Part shown: in pieces, positions 9,001-18,315 of the stretch
Position numbering within the stretch: position 1 is the first letter of the stretch
Layout: each line of letters starts with the position of its first letter
Origin: an uncultured Bacilli bacterium
GTDB taxonomy: Bacteria > Bacillota_I > Bacilli_A > RFN20 > CAG-631
DNA: 64,000 nt
Reading direction: 5' to 3'
Assembly (NCBI GenBank): GCA_934201705.1
Contig: CAKPXF010000001.1
Coordinates: 66,783 to 130,782 of the forward strand
Notes under the pieces: generated by a model
What the model saw: the letters and a program-made list of their open reading frames with translations, nothing else
Databases searched by the model: none
Told to the model about the DNA's origin: nothing
Made by a program: the position numbers and the translations under genes

Positions 9001-10333
9001 AAGAGAAAGTTGCATCGATTTCATGACCCCATGGTGATTTTGTGATTAATTCAAAATCAAATTTAACACCACTTGCTGTTTCAGTCATTTGAGTAACGAT
9101 TCTGAATGCTTTATCAAAACAGTAATAATGAAATTGATTCATGATATTTGGATCATCAGGAAAATTATTAGGAACAATGTTAGTTCCTTCTGTATAGCCT
9201 AAAGATTTATCAAATATGACAGTTCCATTAGCATCTCTTTCAATTACAGCAAAGCCCTTTGTCCAACCCCAAACTAAAGAAACAGAATTATTAGCTTGTA
9301 CCATACCAGTTGTAGCATCAATGCCAAATGTAGTATCATTAGCAAATGTTAAATATTCCCATTTCCAATCAGCCATAGGACTTAATTCAAGGCTTTGATT
9401 AGATGTAAAGTCAACCTTAGAGTTTCCACCAATTTCCTTTGTTTGATAATTAAATGTTGGTCCAGTTGCTTTCATTACATTTCCAGTAAATATAGCATTA
9501 TCACATGCACTCCAATTATCTTTACTAGCTGAATAAATAGTAGGATCAACAATACCCATTGTCATAATGATATTATGATTTTCATCAATAGTACCACTAC
9601 CAGTTCTACCATAAGTTACATGCTTGTCACCTTTTAATTGTTCATTTGTAGAAGTATAAGAAAAAGTAATATCTATATCATGACCCCAAGGCGATTTAGT
9701 AATTAATTCAAAATCAAATTTAACACCATTTGTTATTTCAGTCATTTGGGTAATAATTCTAGATGACTTATTAAAGCAATAAAAATGTGATTCATTTAAT
9801 ATATTAGCTTGATCAGCTCCATACTTTTCAAGCCCTGTTACTTTAACACCAGAATCATCTAAAGATAAGGCTTTGTCAAATACAGCCTTTCCTGTTGAAT
9901 CCTTTTCAATTACAGAAAATCCTTTTCCCCAACCCCAAACTAAAGAAAGTGAATTGCTAGCTGTTGTAATACCAGTTCCAGCATCAATTCCTTTTTCATT
10001 ACTAGTTGAAAATGTTAAATATTCCCATTTCCAATCAGCCATAGGACTTAATTCTAAAGTTTGATCAACTAAAAAATCGACTTTAGAATTACCACTAATT
10101 TTTTGTGTTTGCCAGTTAAAGTTTCCACTTACAGCTTTCATAGAATTTTCAGTAAAAGTTGCGTTAGTTGAATCAGTCCAATTTGATTGATTGTTAGTGA
10201 TAATATCACCACTAACCAAAGCATCTTCTGCAAAAATCTCTACATTAGAATCATTAATTACAAATGATGAAATTGTGATTAATGGAGCTGTTACTACTAA
10301 AGCTAATGTTAATAATTTTTTACCTTTTTTCAT
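6086..10333 (-). CDS. Large (1415 aa) secreted cell-surface protein with a tandemly duplicated ~270-aa domain, coiled-coil regions and the same Cys-containing C-terminal anchor (GCRG, TM, KKRKN)
   Basis: Signal peptide present. Two near-identical internal repeats are visible at protein level (SGNFNWQTQKISGNSKVDF...KSPWGHDID vs TGPTFNYQTKEIGGNSKVDF...KSPWGHEID) and at DNA level. The C-terminus has an EKPSEKPSEEPSS linker, GCRG, a hydrophobic helix and a basic tail. Confidence 0.75.
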   Translation of the reverse strand: MKKGKKLLTLALVVTAPLITISSFVINDSNVEIFAEDALVSGDIITNNQSNWTDSTNATFTENSMKAVSGNFNWQTQKISGNSKVDFLVDQTLELSPMADWKWEYLTFSTSNEKGIDAGTGITTASNSLSLVWGWGKGFSVIEKDSTGKAVFDKALSLDDSGVKVTGLEKYGADQANILNESHFYCFNKSSRIITQMTEITNGVKFDFELITKSPWGHDIDITFSYTSTNEQLKGDKHVTYGRTGSGTIDENHNIIMTMGIVDPTIYSASKDNWSACDNAIFTGNVMKATGPTFNYQTKEIGGNSKVDFTSNQSLELSPMADWKWEYLTFANDTTFGIDATTGMVQANNSVSLVWGWTKGFAVIERDANGTVIFDKSLGYTEGTNIVPNNFPDDPNIMNQFHYYCFDKAFRIVTQMTETASGVKFDFELITKSPWGHEIDATFSYTSTNASLKGNTKHVTYGRTGSGTINENHNIEVTMKVNNIEAVDVPIIPTTKYECKLDNGYTFEKIEANEGFAHSFASSLNLLEGQEFNVNFLVDDEKSAHGYDAVKSFVDNSTNEVKYQGSFYEKGNDGKIKINVNGTYKVIVNVKENNEVEINLEVLSYSLIDVANKYHSDANYWQTLYNAAINDGTMSQTGIQSLGITKEFNGNATVKFVLDYTALDSSWGGVVLMVKGQAEEFSKVLWTFNNTTNTIVPSNANGSFIALCITHAGYQLIVCDEGNINVIGTDQTFLIPGVDGNSFWFICQQKTEVTFDVLDVTDGVKLNISYYASRKGETYSNEILLPYKSLWGNQSAGLALTASGNTPDLTNNTISLYVADSKSSYSKDLYYANKFIDELTKINYDTITADNYSDIVNQFNNVTNLYNNLTDTQKELVSSEDINKYNQIKSDLENVDVVVLAKLALEKLNEVNEAYNRVNYERQAKIVKDASAKYELLTDEQKSQCDATLVKKLEECKKALDKYEDILSYADPVVALIAKINLPITNYAKDSRTILAAKKAYDELYDIEKSEVTNADLLEQSLIALKEYEDANKIDGYNFAQTKDNIYELDGFDDMQAKDGSLIVNSSTNDLSIYTTAKALNEMEFTWIIDSNLQKCTWGNFYFIVRADSIAKHHNKGSWLQEGNYMVLLVGGDGFKIVECVNGVIPMTKDAAGNPLADFKTILDYPTDEEGSQLDIHHIYKNYTKISIKTIDLYENDEYVGYKAIISLTGGESGKTFVREYISTNKDSKDCGYFGLEAFVSDPINQGSGGFEIKGIYIEGVTSYDGVKVKNDIKNKQIAKECDALLEQVITNVNKDNLESAKSAYEMAKNAYDALTDEQKSLLTKDANVLNEAKLAIYKVIKDSEEKPSEKPSEEPSSTPTEITSSSEIINSSTNNTSSNEEKPNENKKGCRGEASCLIGMLALLGALCLKKRKN

Positions 10334-10449
10334 AGCGTTCCTCCTAGTTTTGTAAAAAAATATCTACTAAATCTAAACATAAATAAGTTTTCTAATTAAA
10401 GTATAGCATTTATGAATATTGTGATAAATATCGTTTTTTGACTACTTTT

Positions 10450-11691
10450 TTAACATTTTTTTAGTTCATTTTTCATTGATGCAATAAGCATATTAAAACT
10501 GAAAAACATAGTGTGTAAAATTCCTTTACCATTCTCAGGATTGTATGATTCTGACATACTTCCATTTTCTAAAATGCCTTTATAATAGGTATTTAATGTT
10601 TTTTTATAAATTTGCTTGGCTTTATTTTTATAGCCATAATTTAAGTAAGCCTTAAAAATAAAATATGATGACACTCCCCAAATAGCACCAAGCCAATTTG
10701 AAGGATTCCCAGATGGCTCTAGATTATACATTTTTTCGTATTTTGATAAAGATCTTACTCCATATTTGGATAATAATCCACCATTTTTTAAATGCTTAAA
10801 AGCTTTTTTGACATCGTTTTTATTAGCAAAGTTAAATGCATAAGGAGCATAGCAACCAAAGAATTCTATTTTTAAAGGAATGGAATTCCAAAATGGTTTT
10901 AATCCTTTATTAAACACTTCTGTTTCATTGTTTTTAACGTTAATATCCTGTGAATAAAATATATTATCCTTTTTGTCAAATGCATGCTTATAAATTGAAT
11001 TTATAAGGCTGTTTTTTTCTTTTTCATAAAAAGAATAGTCTAAATTTTTCATTTTCATTATTTCTATTAATGAATTGTATTCATCCACCATTGTAGAATT
11101 AAATAGAATATCAGCACTACTTGAATATGGCCTTCCAAAAACTGTTGGATTATTATCTACACCTATCATGATGTCGCTAATGTAATAAAACAATCCTGTT
11201 TTCTTATCAAATTGATTTTCCTTTAAATACTTTAAATATAAGCAAAGCTTATTGACATCAATAAATGAATAATCATTATTTAATTTGCAGGCTAATAAAG
11301 CTGATTTTATTAAATAACCCTTTAAGGAATTTTTAGCATTTTCTTTACTACAATAAGTATCATTTATAACATTACATCTTAGCATTATTGGAGTAAAACC
11401 ATCATTTTCCATAAAATCAGTAAAGTTTAAGACATCGCCTTTAGCAGCTTCGTTTACTAGCTTTCTATAATAAGTATAATCAAAATCTTTATCATTTTTT
11501 AAAAGTTCTACAATGTCATTTAAAGAATAAATTGACCAATAAGAATCCCAATCCCAAAGAGTATTATGATAAGCAAGGCCTGGCTCTACAAAGCTATGCT
11601 TTAATTTTCCTTTTGGTGCACTTATAACATTAAAGGCATACTTTTTTAAGAGCTCAAATAATATTTTTTCTTTTTTATTCAACTTATGCAC
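10450..11691 (-). CDS. Putative (alpha/alpha)6-barrel glycoside hydrolase (GH63/GH37-clan-like); no signal peptide, likely cytoplasmic
   Basis: 413 aa. The N-terminal region has a trehalase-like WDxY signature (GLAYHNTLWDWDSYWS). It lies within the glycan-utilisation locus. Family assignment is tentative. Confidence 0.45.
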   Translation of the reverse strand: MHKLNKKEKILFELLKKYAFNVISAPKGKLKHSFVEPGLAYHNTLWDWDSYWSIYSLNDIVELLKNDKDFDYTYYRKLVNEAAKGDVLNFTDFMENDGFTPIMLRCNVINDTYCSKENAKNSLKGYLIKSALLACKLNNDYSFIDVNKLCLYLKYLKENQFDKKTGLFYYISDIMIGVDNNPTVFGRPYSSSADILFNSTMVDEYNSLIEIMKMKNLDYSFYEKEKNSLINSIYKHAFDKKDNIFYSQDINVKNNETEVFNKGLKPFWNSIPLKIEFFGCYAPYAFNFANKNDVKKAFKHLKNGGLLSKYGVRSLSKYEKMYNLEPSGNPSNWLGAIWGVSSYFIFKAYLNYGYKNKAKQIYKKTLNTYYKGILENGSMSESYNPENGKGILHTMFFSFNMLIASMKNELKKC

Positions 11692-13232
11692 CTTCTTGCT
11701 TCTTCTTTATCATCTTTAATGGTTACATTGCCAATGATTCTTTTTAAATCATTAATTAATTTGTCTCCATATAATTCATGGCCTTTAGAATTTGGGTGTA
11801 AGGCTAATGTGGCATTTGAAAAATAGCTAGCATCGTAAGGTATATATTCATGAGCATCAATAATGATAATATTGTTATGCTTTTTATATATTTCTATCAT
11901 TTTGTTTGTTATGTCTTTTAATGAATAATCTACACCTTTTTCATCTGATCTCCAAATAGGAAGTAAAGCAATTATTTTAGCTTTAGGAAAATAATTATTA
12001 ATGGAATTAATTACAATTTCCATGTTTTTAGTTAATTCTTCAAATGCTTTTTCTTTGTTTCCATTTCCCATTGCAAAGGAGTTTGTACCATTAGCTATAA
12101 AAACATATTTTGGATTAATATTATATGTTCCTAAAAGATTGTAATCGTTAAATGTTCTTCCAGAAACTGCAAAATCATAGCCAATAAAATTATAGTATAA
12201 AGTGACTTTACTAAAGTAAGTTGATGCCGGATTAAAGCATTCACTTCCTTCAGTTATAGAATCACCAAGGAACACTACCTCATAATCTTTTTTAACGGCT
12301 TTAAAGACTTTGTTATTTTCAATTTTTATACTTTTAATTGCTACACAAAATCCTGTTGGAAACACTAAAGTAACCCGATTATAATCATTATCCTTATTAG
12401 TAATTGTAAATGTTTCAATATAATGCTCACCTTTATTTACCCTTTTTAAAGGAACATCGCGCTTTTCTCTATTAACTAGTAATCCAAATTGAAATTCTAA
12501 GTTTTCAACCTCGCTATCCATAATTTTATAATCAATAGTAATTGTTTTTGAATTTGTATACATATCAAACATTATATTTGAATCATATTGCCCAGAATTT
12601 CTAGTTGTACATTTTATATTTTGAATAATGTTTAATCTATCAAAATAAACGCCATCCTCTTCAACATGATAGTATAAATAATTTACAACAACCTTTTCTT
12701 TAATCATTTTAGCAAGTGTTTCATCTATTTTGTAATTAGTAGCATCTCTTTCAGTAAATGTTACATTTGATATTTTGGCTTCAACTCCCTTTTTTAAGTA
12801 AAAGGCTAAATCACTTATTTCATTTCTAGCATTTCCATAGGTATCTACCATTTCATGTTTATTTACATCTATATAAACACGATATTTACTTATTTTAATA
12901 TTAACGTGGTATGTCTTATTAATATCAAATCTTGTGTTGTTATGCTTATCCTTTAATAAATCAGATTTTCTTTTCCAATCTGGTGTATAGCCTCCAAAGC
13001 TAATTTTATTTCCATCCTTAAAAACTGTGAATTTTGATTGATAAATATAATCACTAGTAAATTTATCAATTTCGCCGACATTTACAAGCATTATTTCATC
13101 ATCAAAGATAAATTCATCATCTTTTTTAGTATCATTTGGGATTTTTAAAATTTCAAAATCAAAGGAAATTTCTACAATATCTTTTTTGTAATTTTCCTTT
13201 AATTTTATTTTATAAATTGGATTAGTTAGCAT
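11679..13232 (-). CDS. SGNH/GDSL-family hydrolase (carbohydrate esterase/O-acetylesterase-like) with an N-terminal beta-rich domain
   Basis: The C-terminal ~200 aa carries SGNH blocks: GDSITEGS (block I), GTNSF (block III) and HPNSKGHE (block V D/HxxH). No signal peptide. Confidence 0.65.
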   Translation of the reverse strand: MLTNPIYKIKLKENYKKDIVEISFDFEILKIPNDTKKDDEFIFDDEIMLVNVGEIDKFTSDYIYQSKFTVFKDGNKISFGGYTPDWKRKSDLLKDKHNNTRFDINKTYHVNIKISKYRVYIDVNKHEMVDTYGNARNEISDLAFYLKKGVEAKISNVTFTERDATNYKIDETLAKMIKEKVVVNYLYYHVEEDGVYFDRLNIIQNIKCTTRNSGQYDSNIMFDMYTNSKTITIDYKIMDSEVENLEFQFGLLVNREKRDVPLKRVNKGEHYIETFTITNKDNDYNRVTLVFPTGFCVAIKSIKIENNKVFKAVKKDYEVVFLGDSITEGSECFNPASTYFSKVTLYYNFIGYDFAVSGRTFNDYNLLGTYNINPKYVFIANGTNSFAMGNGNKEKAFEELTKNMEIVINSINNYFPKAKIIALLPIWRSDEKGVDYSLKDITNKMIEIYKKHNNIIIIDAHEYIPYDASYFSNATLALHPNSKGHELYGDKLINDLKRIIGNVTIKDDKEEARRCIS

Positions 13233-13234
13233 AA

Positions 13235-15592
13235 TTAAGCCTCCACTTCATAATACCCTTCTTTAAACAATTGATTTCTATAATATACATTTCCATTACT
13301 TGGTACAATAATTATTAGTTTATTAGCATTTATTTTAAAATGATAAATGCCAATGCATGTTAATACTTTACAATCAATGCTTATATTTTGATTATTAGGA
13401 TTTAAGTTAATTGAGCCATCATCATTAATATTTGCTCCCATTAATCCGCGAATCATAAATTCAGCAATAGGACTAAACATATGGTGATTTAAGGAATTTG
13501 TTAGCTCAAAATCCTCACACAGGGTAGTTTGATTATTATCTATCCAATATCTAAATGATGGATATTCTTTCCTTAATAATATTTTTAAACCAATATCAGT
13601 TCTATGGTTTTTAGCCAAGCTATCAAATACGTATTTGACACCTAAAATACCCATATGAATAGAAAAATCATTTTTTATTAAATAATTTACTATTTCATCA
13701 GTTTTATTAATAATATTAAAGTATGTTAAGCAAGCTAGTCCAGTTAAGCTAGTAACGTTACTATATTTATTAATAATAGCTTTTTTAATTTTATTTGCCA
13801 TGTCTAGATAATATTGCTCTTTATTATTATTTAATAATTTTGAAAATTTAGTTAAATATAAAGACATTTCCATAAAATAAGAGCTAGATATTAATGTTGT
13901 ATCACATACTTCAAACTTAACATTTTTAGGATAATTCCAATCACCAAGCCCAATAGAAACTAAATAATTATTAGAATTATTAATTAAATAATTATAATAT
14001 TTTTCAAGATGAGGATACATTTTTATTACTTCATCTTTATCACCATAATAGTAGTACATAGCATCAGTGATTCTAAACATAGCAACATCCCAAGCTGGAC
14101 CTGTGCCCCAGTTAAAACCCCACCCACACGTTGGAATAATACATGGAATTTGCCCACAAGGTCTTTGAGCAACCTTAAAATCATCAAGCCATTTTTTATA
14201 TGCTTGATGCATATTGAATGTATAAACTGATGTTTCTAATGATAATTGTGCATCTCCTGTCCACCCATTTTTTTCACGATGAGGACAATCTGTTGGAAAA
14301 TCCACATAGTTTGATTCAATGGCTTGAATAGACATATCATATAGCTTGTTTAATATTTCATTACTTGATTTAAAATAGCCCTCTTTAGTAAAGTTAGTTC
14401 TTATAAGATAAGCCTTAATATCTTTAACTTCTACATTGCCTTCAATTAAGACATAACGAAAGCCATGATAAGTAAATAAAGGCTTATATGTATCTATATT
14501 ATTAGATAAAATACAAGTATCTGTTTGATACTCTACATTTTCATTAAAAATATACATTGAATTAGAAGAATTATCTAAATGATTATCAACTAATCTATCA
14601 GAATAAATTATTTTTATAGTGCTACCCTTTTTTCCTAAAAAGGTAGCCTTACAATATCCTGCCATATTCTTTTTAAAATCATAGATTATTTTATTATCAA
14701 GTTTTTTAATAATAGCTGGAGCTATTTCTTCAACTTCACTAATTCCTTCAATATATGATGGCTTTAAAATACCACCAGCAGGAGTAGTAAGCGATACTAA
14801 ATGGTATTCTTTAACGGCATTAAAATCATGAGTTTCTCCAGTTCTTAAAGCATTGGAAGTAATTTCTCCATATGAATATTCCCAAGATTTGTCTGAGTAT
14901 ATCTTTTTACCATCAATATCAAGCTGGAATAATAGCTTAGCATTATCTCTCCAAGGGGCATGATTAAATCCCCAAGTATCTATAGTTGTTTGATTATACC
15001 AGCCATCACCAACTATTACTTCGATTTTGTTGATACCTTCTTTTAAGAATTTTTTAACATTATAGGTTGAATATAATACTAACTTATCATATTCACTAAA
15101 GGAAGGCTCTAATACTTTATTTCCAACCTTTTTGCCGTTTATTTTTAACTCAAATAAACCAAGGCCAACTAAATCAACAATAGCATATTTTTTTATTGCT
15201 TCAATATTTATTATTTTTTTAAAATATAAAGCTTTATTGCCAATTTCTTTTGTATCACTAACAAAATGAAAGCCATTAGATATCCATAAAGCATTATTAT
15301 CAAAGCCGTTTACTAAGCCTGAATAAAAATAGTTTTCATAAATAATAGACTTATTTATAGTAAGCGTATAATCATATCTTTCATGCTCTTTAAGTTTTAA
15401 ATTTACTTCAAGATATTGATTTTGACTATTTTGCTTTGTTTTAAAAACAATTTCATCATTGTTTTTAATTATTAATTCAACGCTTTCTTGCTTAATAACA
15501 TTTTCAAGGCGCCATGAAAAGTATAGATAATCTATAATGTTATATGGTATTAAAGAGCCATTTAATAAAACATTTGTTAGCTTACTTTCCAT
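13235..15592 (-). CDS. Alpha-L-rhamnosidase, glycoside hydrolase family 78
   Basis: 785 aa. Contains the GH78 catalytic-region signature DCPHREKNGWTGDAQL (DCPxRE.xGWxGD) and a typical length and domain layout. Confidence 0.75.
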   Translation of the reverse strand: MESKLTNVLLNGSLIPYNIIDYLYFSWRLENVIKQESVELIIKNNDEIVFKTKQNSQNQYLEVNLKLKEHERYDYTLTINKSIIYENYFYSGLVNGFDNNALWISNGFHFVSDTKEIGNKALYFKKIINIEAIKKYAIVDLVGLGLFELKINGKKVGNKVLEPSFSEYDKLVLYSTYNVKKFLKEGINKIEVIVGDGWYNQTTIDTWGFNHAPWRDNAKLLFQLDIDGKKIYSDKSWEYSYGEITSNALRTGETHDFNAVKEYHLVSLTTPAGGILKPSYIEGISEVEEIAPAIIKKLDNKIIYDFKKNMAGYCKATFLGKKGSTIKIIYSDRLVDNHLDNSSNSMYIFNENVEYQTDTCILSNNIDTYKPLFTYHGFRYVLIEGNVEVKDIKAYLIRTNFTKEGYFKSSNEILNKLYDMSIQAIESNYVDFPTDCPHREKNGWTGDAQLSLETSVYTFNMHQAYKKWLDDFKVAQRPCGQIPCIIPTCGWGFNWGTGPAWDVAMFRITDAMYYYYGDKDEVIKMYPHLEKYYNYLINNSNNYLVSIGLGDWNYPKNVKFEVCDTTLISSSYFMEMSLYLTKFSKLLNNNKEQYYLDMANKIKKAIINKYSNVTSLTGLACLTYFNIINKTDEIVNYLIKNDFSIHMGILGVKYVFDSLAKNHRTDIGLKILLRKEYPSFRYWIDNNQTTLCEDFELTNSLNHHMFSPIAEFMIRGLMGANINDDGSINLNPNNQNISIDCKVLTCIGIYHFKINANKLIIIVPSNGNVYYRNQLFKEGYYEVEA

Positions 15593-16484
15593 AATAGTCC
15601 TTATATCTTTTATATAGATTTCTTGCAGAAGGATAAATAGATTGTGGACTCATAAAATGAGAGAATTCAAATGTAATCATTTTAGAAACAATTGGTTTAA
15701 CAACGTTGATTTTGCTTTTTAAAACATTAAAATCAACAGGCATTAGACCATTTGGACTTTTATCAAACATTTCAATGTTTGCCCAAATTTCAATTCCTTG
15801 CTCATCCATTGCTTTTTTAGCTTGTTTAAAATACTCTGATCTTTGTTCATAAGGAGCTGATCCATCTTGAAAAGCACAAAAGTCAATATTGCCTTTTGAA
15901 TCTTTAAGGATTTCTTTCCATTCTTTATATGTTTCTTCTGGTGATAAAGGATGATCCTTATCAGCCCATTCACAATAAAAGAATGGTGAAAACATAACCT
16001 TTTTGTCAGGTGTTTTATCCTTGCACATTTTAGCAAGTGTATTTTGAAGATAAGCAATATTTAAAACGTTTGAGCCAACCTCATGTGGAATATACCAACC
16101 ATAAAAAGATTTATAATGGCCATACTTTTCACATACCTCATCAATTAATAATCTATTACATCTAATTTCTTCATCAGCGTCTCCTTCATTCCATGTAAGA
16201 TTTGAAATGTAAAGGCCAAATATTACCTTCATATTTCTTTTTTCACATTCTTTGAAGATAAAATCAGCAAAATCTGGATCATCTTCATTTAAATGTGGTA
16301 AAACCTTTGAAGGATAAATCATTTTTCCATTAAAGCCAGCACGAATTGTAATTACTGTATCAATTCCTACTTCTTTCATGTAATCTAAATCCTTTGCCCA
16401 TTGCTCATTATCCCAGTTAGATGATGGGATGTCGTATGTAATTTCGTCAATAAATGTTCCTGAAATTGGATAATTTTTATTCAT
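15582..16484 (-). CDS. DUF4434-family TIM-barrel protein (putative glycoside hydrolase)
   Basis: 300 aa. The N-terminal GTFIDEITYDIPSSNWDNEQWAKDLDYMKEVGIDTVI resembles the DUF4434 family. It sits in the glycan locus. Assigned from memory. Confidence 0.5.
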   Translation of the reverse strand: MNKNYPISGTFIDEITYDIPSSNWDNEQWAKDLDYMKEVGIDTVITIRAGFNGKMIYPSKVLPHLNEDDPDFADFIFKECEKRNMKVIFGLYISNLTWNEGDADEEIRCNRLLIDEVCEKYGHYKSFYGWYIPHEVGSNVLNIAYLQNTLAKMCKDKTPDKKVMFSPFFYCEWADKDHPLSPEETYKEWKEILKDSKGNIDFCAFQDGSAPYEQRSEYFKQAKKAMDEQGIEIWANIEMFDKSPNGLMPVDFNVLKSKINVVKPIVSKMITFEFSHFMSPQSIYPSARNLYKRYKDYYGK

Positions 16485-16533
16485 AACTGTCTCCTTAAAT
16501 AAATTTATAATTTAGAGTTTATAACAAAGTTTG

Positions 16534-18159
16534 TTATTCATCTCTTTGTGATTTTGTTGATACTCTTTTAATGTTTACCTTCATATTTGTACTAAAGGTA
16601 CCACAATTGTCTAAAAACACATCAAATGTTTTATTTTCATCATTTGTACAATCATAAAAGTTTATATTATCGGTATATCGCATATATAAAGCATTTTTAC
16701 TTGAAAATTCACAATTTTTAACGGTAATATTTTTATGGTAATATGGTTCTACACTGGTTGATTTAAATTCCGGAATAGAAACAACTCCACTTTTATTCAT
16801 AATAAATCTAGTGTTTTGTATTAATACATTATCTACAGGGCTAGATTCATACCAAAAGTTAGTATCACCTGTAAATAATAAATCCATTTCTGTTATACAA
16901 TGATCAATGATTACTTCTCCTCGCGTTTGAAATCTTAAATGTGTATTTGCTTTTCCAAATTCGCAATTAGTAATATAAACATTAGGATTTGTAGATAAAT
17001 TTTCAATTAATGAGCCTTTTGAAACTTCTTTAATTTTTTTATTTAAAGTAAAGATATATTTTTTACCTTCTTGCTTAATGCTTAATATTTTTGCTTCATC
17101 TATTTTTTCTAATGAATGGCCATTATATATAGCAATATCGTCATTAACATCAAATATTTTAAAGGCATCTGATTGCCCTAAGCAAATGGCTGTTAATTCA
17201 TAACCATTTAAAGAGTCGAAAACATAATAATTAGAATGAATATTAATTGCATCATCAATAGTTCCTGTAATTATACTATTTTTAATAATTAAGTTTCCCT
17301 TTAAGCTAACTGCATGAATGCCATCAGCCGTATTTGAAATAATGCCACAAGAGATATCATCATAAAACATTTTTAATCCATCAATCGTTAAGTTTTTAGT
17401 ATAAATAGGAAGAAGCCCCATGCCTAAGCCATTAACTATTCGATAGTTTGTTACTTTGATATTTTCACAATTAAAGATAGTTAAATTTGATATATCACGA
17501 TTATTCATACATAATATTAATATTGAGCCAACATTATAAGGTGGAATGTTTTTACCCTTAAAGATGACATATTCACCTTCATGATAAGCAAGAAGTGAGC
17601 AAGCACTATCGCCCCAAGGTAACTCACATTTATCCATATCTTTATTTCCAATTAAGACAACGGGCCAGCTTAAGCCCTTTTTTGTAATTGGGTCAAACTC
17701 TTGTAAGAAGATATATGTTTGATGTAATGTTTCATCCTTCCAATATTTACTTTTAGGTATGAATTTTCCATCATTTACTTCATATGGAAATCTATCATCA
17801 ACCTTAACCTTTATATAGTCTTCACCTTTTTCTACTAAAGTCATTTGGGTATTAAACGATCTATCATATTTAACAACAGCATTTTTGATTTCTATATTTT
17901 TAGAATTTGCAATTATAATTGGAGTTAAAGCTCCATTTAAATAAAGTGTAGCTCCATTAAAGTCTAAAACAATATTTTCTTTGTTATTAATGTATATAGC
18001 TGTATCATGAAAATTACTATATCTAGTAGTTGAACAAAAATATTCAATATTATCAAGGGGAATAGTATCTTCCTTATAATAATTTAATTTTTTTTCGTTA
18101 ACCTTATAATATGTATTGCTTTCAAAATCCATTTTTTTATAAAATGCTTTTTCTTTCAT
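16534..18159 (-). CDS. Right-handed parallel beta-helix repeat protein (pectin-lyase-fold; putative glycoside hydrolase/lyase), cytoplasmic
   Basis: 541 aa with repeated hydrophobic/Asn-rich beta-helix-like segments (NIKVTNYRIVNGLGMGL, IIKNSIITGTIDDAINIHSNYY). No signal peptide. Confidence 0.5.
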   Translation of the reverse strand: MKEKAFYKKMDFESNTYYKVNEKKLNYYKEDTIPLDNIEYFCSTTRYSNFHDTAIYINNKENIVLDFNGATLYLNGALTPIIIANSKNIEIKNAVVKYDRSFNTQMTLVEKGEDYIKVKVDDRFPYEVNDGKFIPKSKYWKDETLHQTYIFLQEFDPITKKGLSWPVVLIGNKDMDKCELPWGDSACSLLAYHEGEYVIFKGKNIPPYNVGSILILCMNNRDISNLTIFNCENIKVTNYRIVNGLGMGLLPIYTKNLTIDGLKMFYDDISCGIISNTADGIHAVSLKGNLIIKNSIITGTIDDAINIHSNYYVFDSLNGYELTAICLGQSDAFKIFDVNDDIAIYNGHSLEKIDEAKILSIKQEGKKYIFTLNKKIKEVSKGSLIENLSTNPNVYITNCEFGKANTHLRFQTRGEVIIDHCITEMDLLFTGDTNFWYESSPVDNVLIQNTRFIMNKSGVVSIPEFKSTSVEPYYHKNITVKNCEFSSKNALYMRYTDNINFYDCTNDENKTFDVFLDNCGTFSTNMKVNIKRVSTKSQRDE

Positions 18160-18315
18160 AAATAGTTATCTCCAAAATTAATAATCACAAATCTATCTAT
18201 ATTTTATTTTCTTTAGCATTTTTAGTAAATAGCATTTTTTGTATTGTTATTTTGCTTTTTTTTTCTTGATATTACACATATATTTAACATTCAAAAATAA
18301 AATGGTAAAATAATA

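Noticed and set aside
9216-10064. Two short plus-strand ORFs (9216..9398 and 9873..10064) encoding near-identical peptides ending VKYSHFQSAIGLNS..
   Set aside because: They lie antisense inside the 1415-aa minus-strand gene and are similar only because they fall in the two copies of its internal tandem duplication. There is no RBS or promoter.
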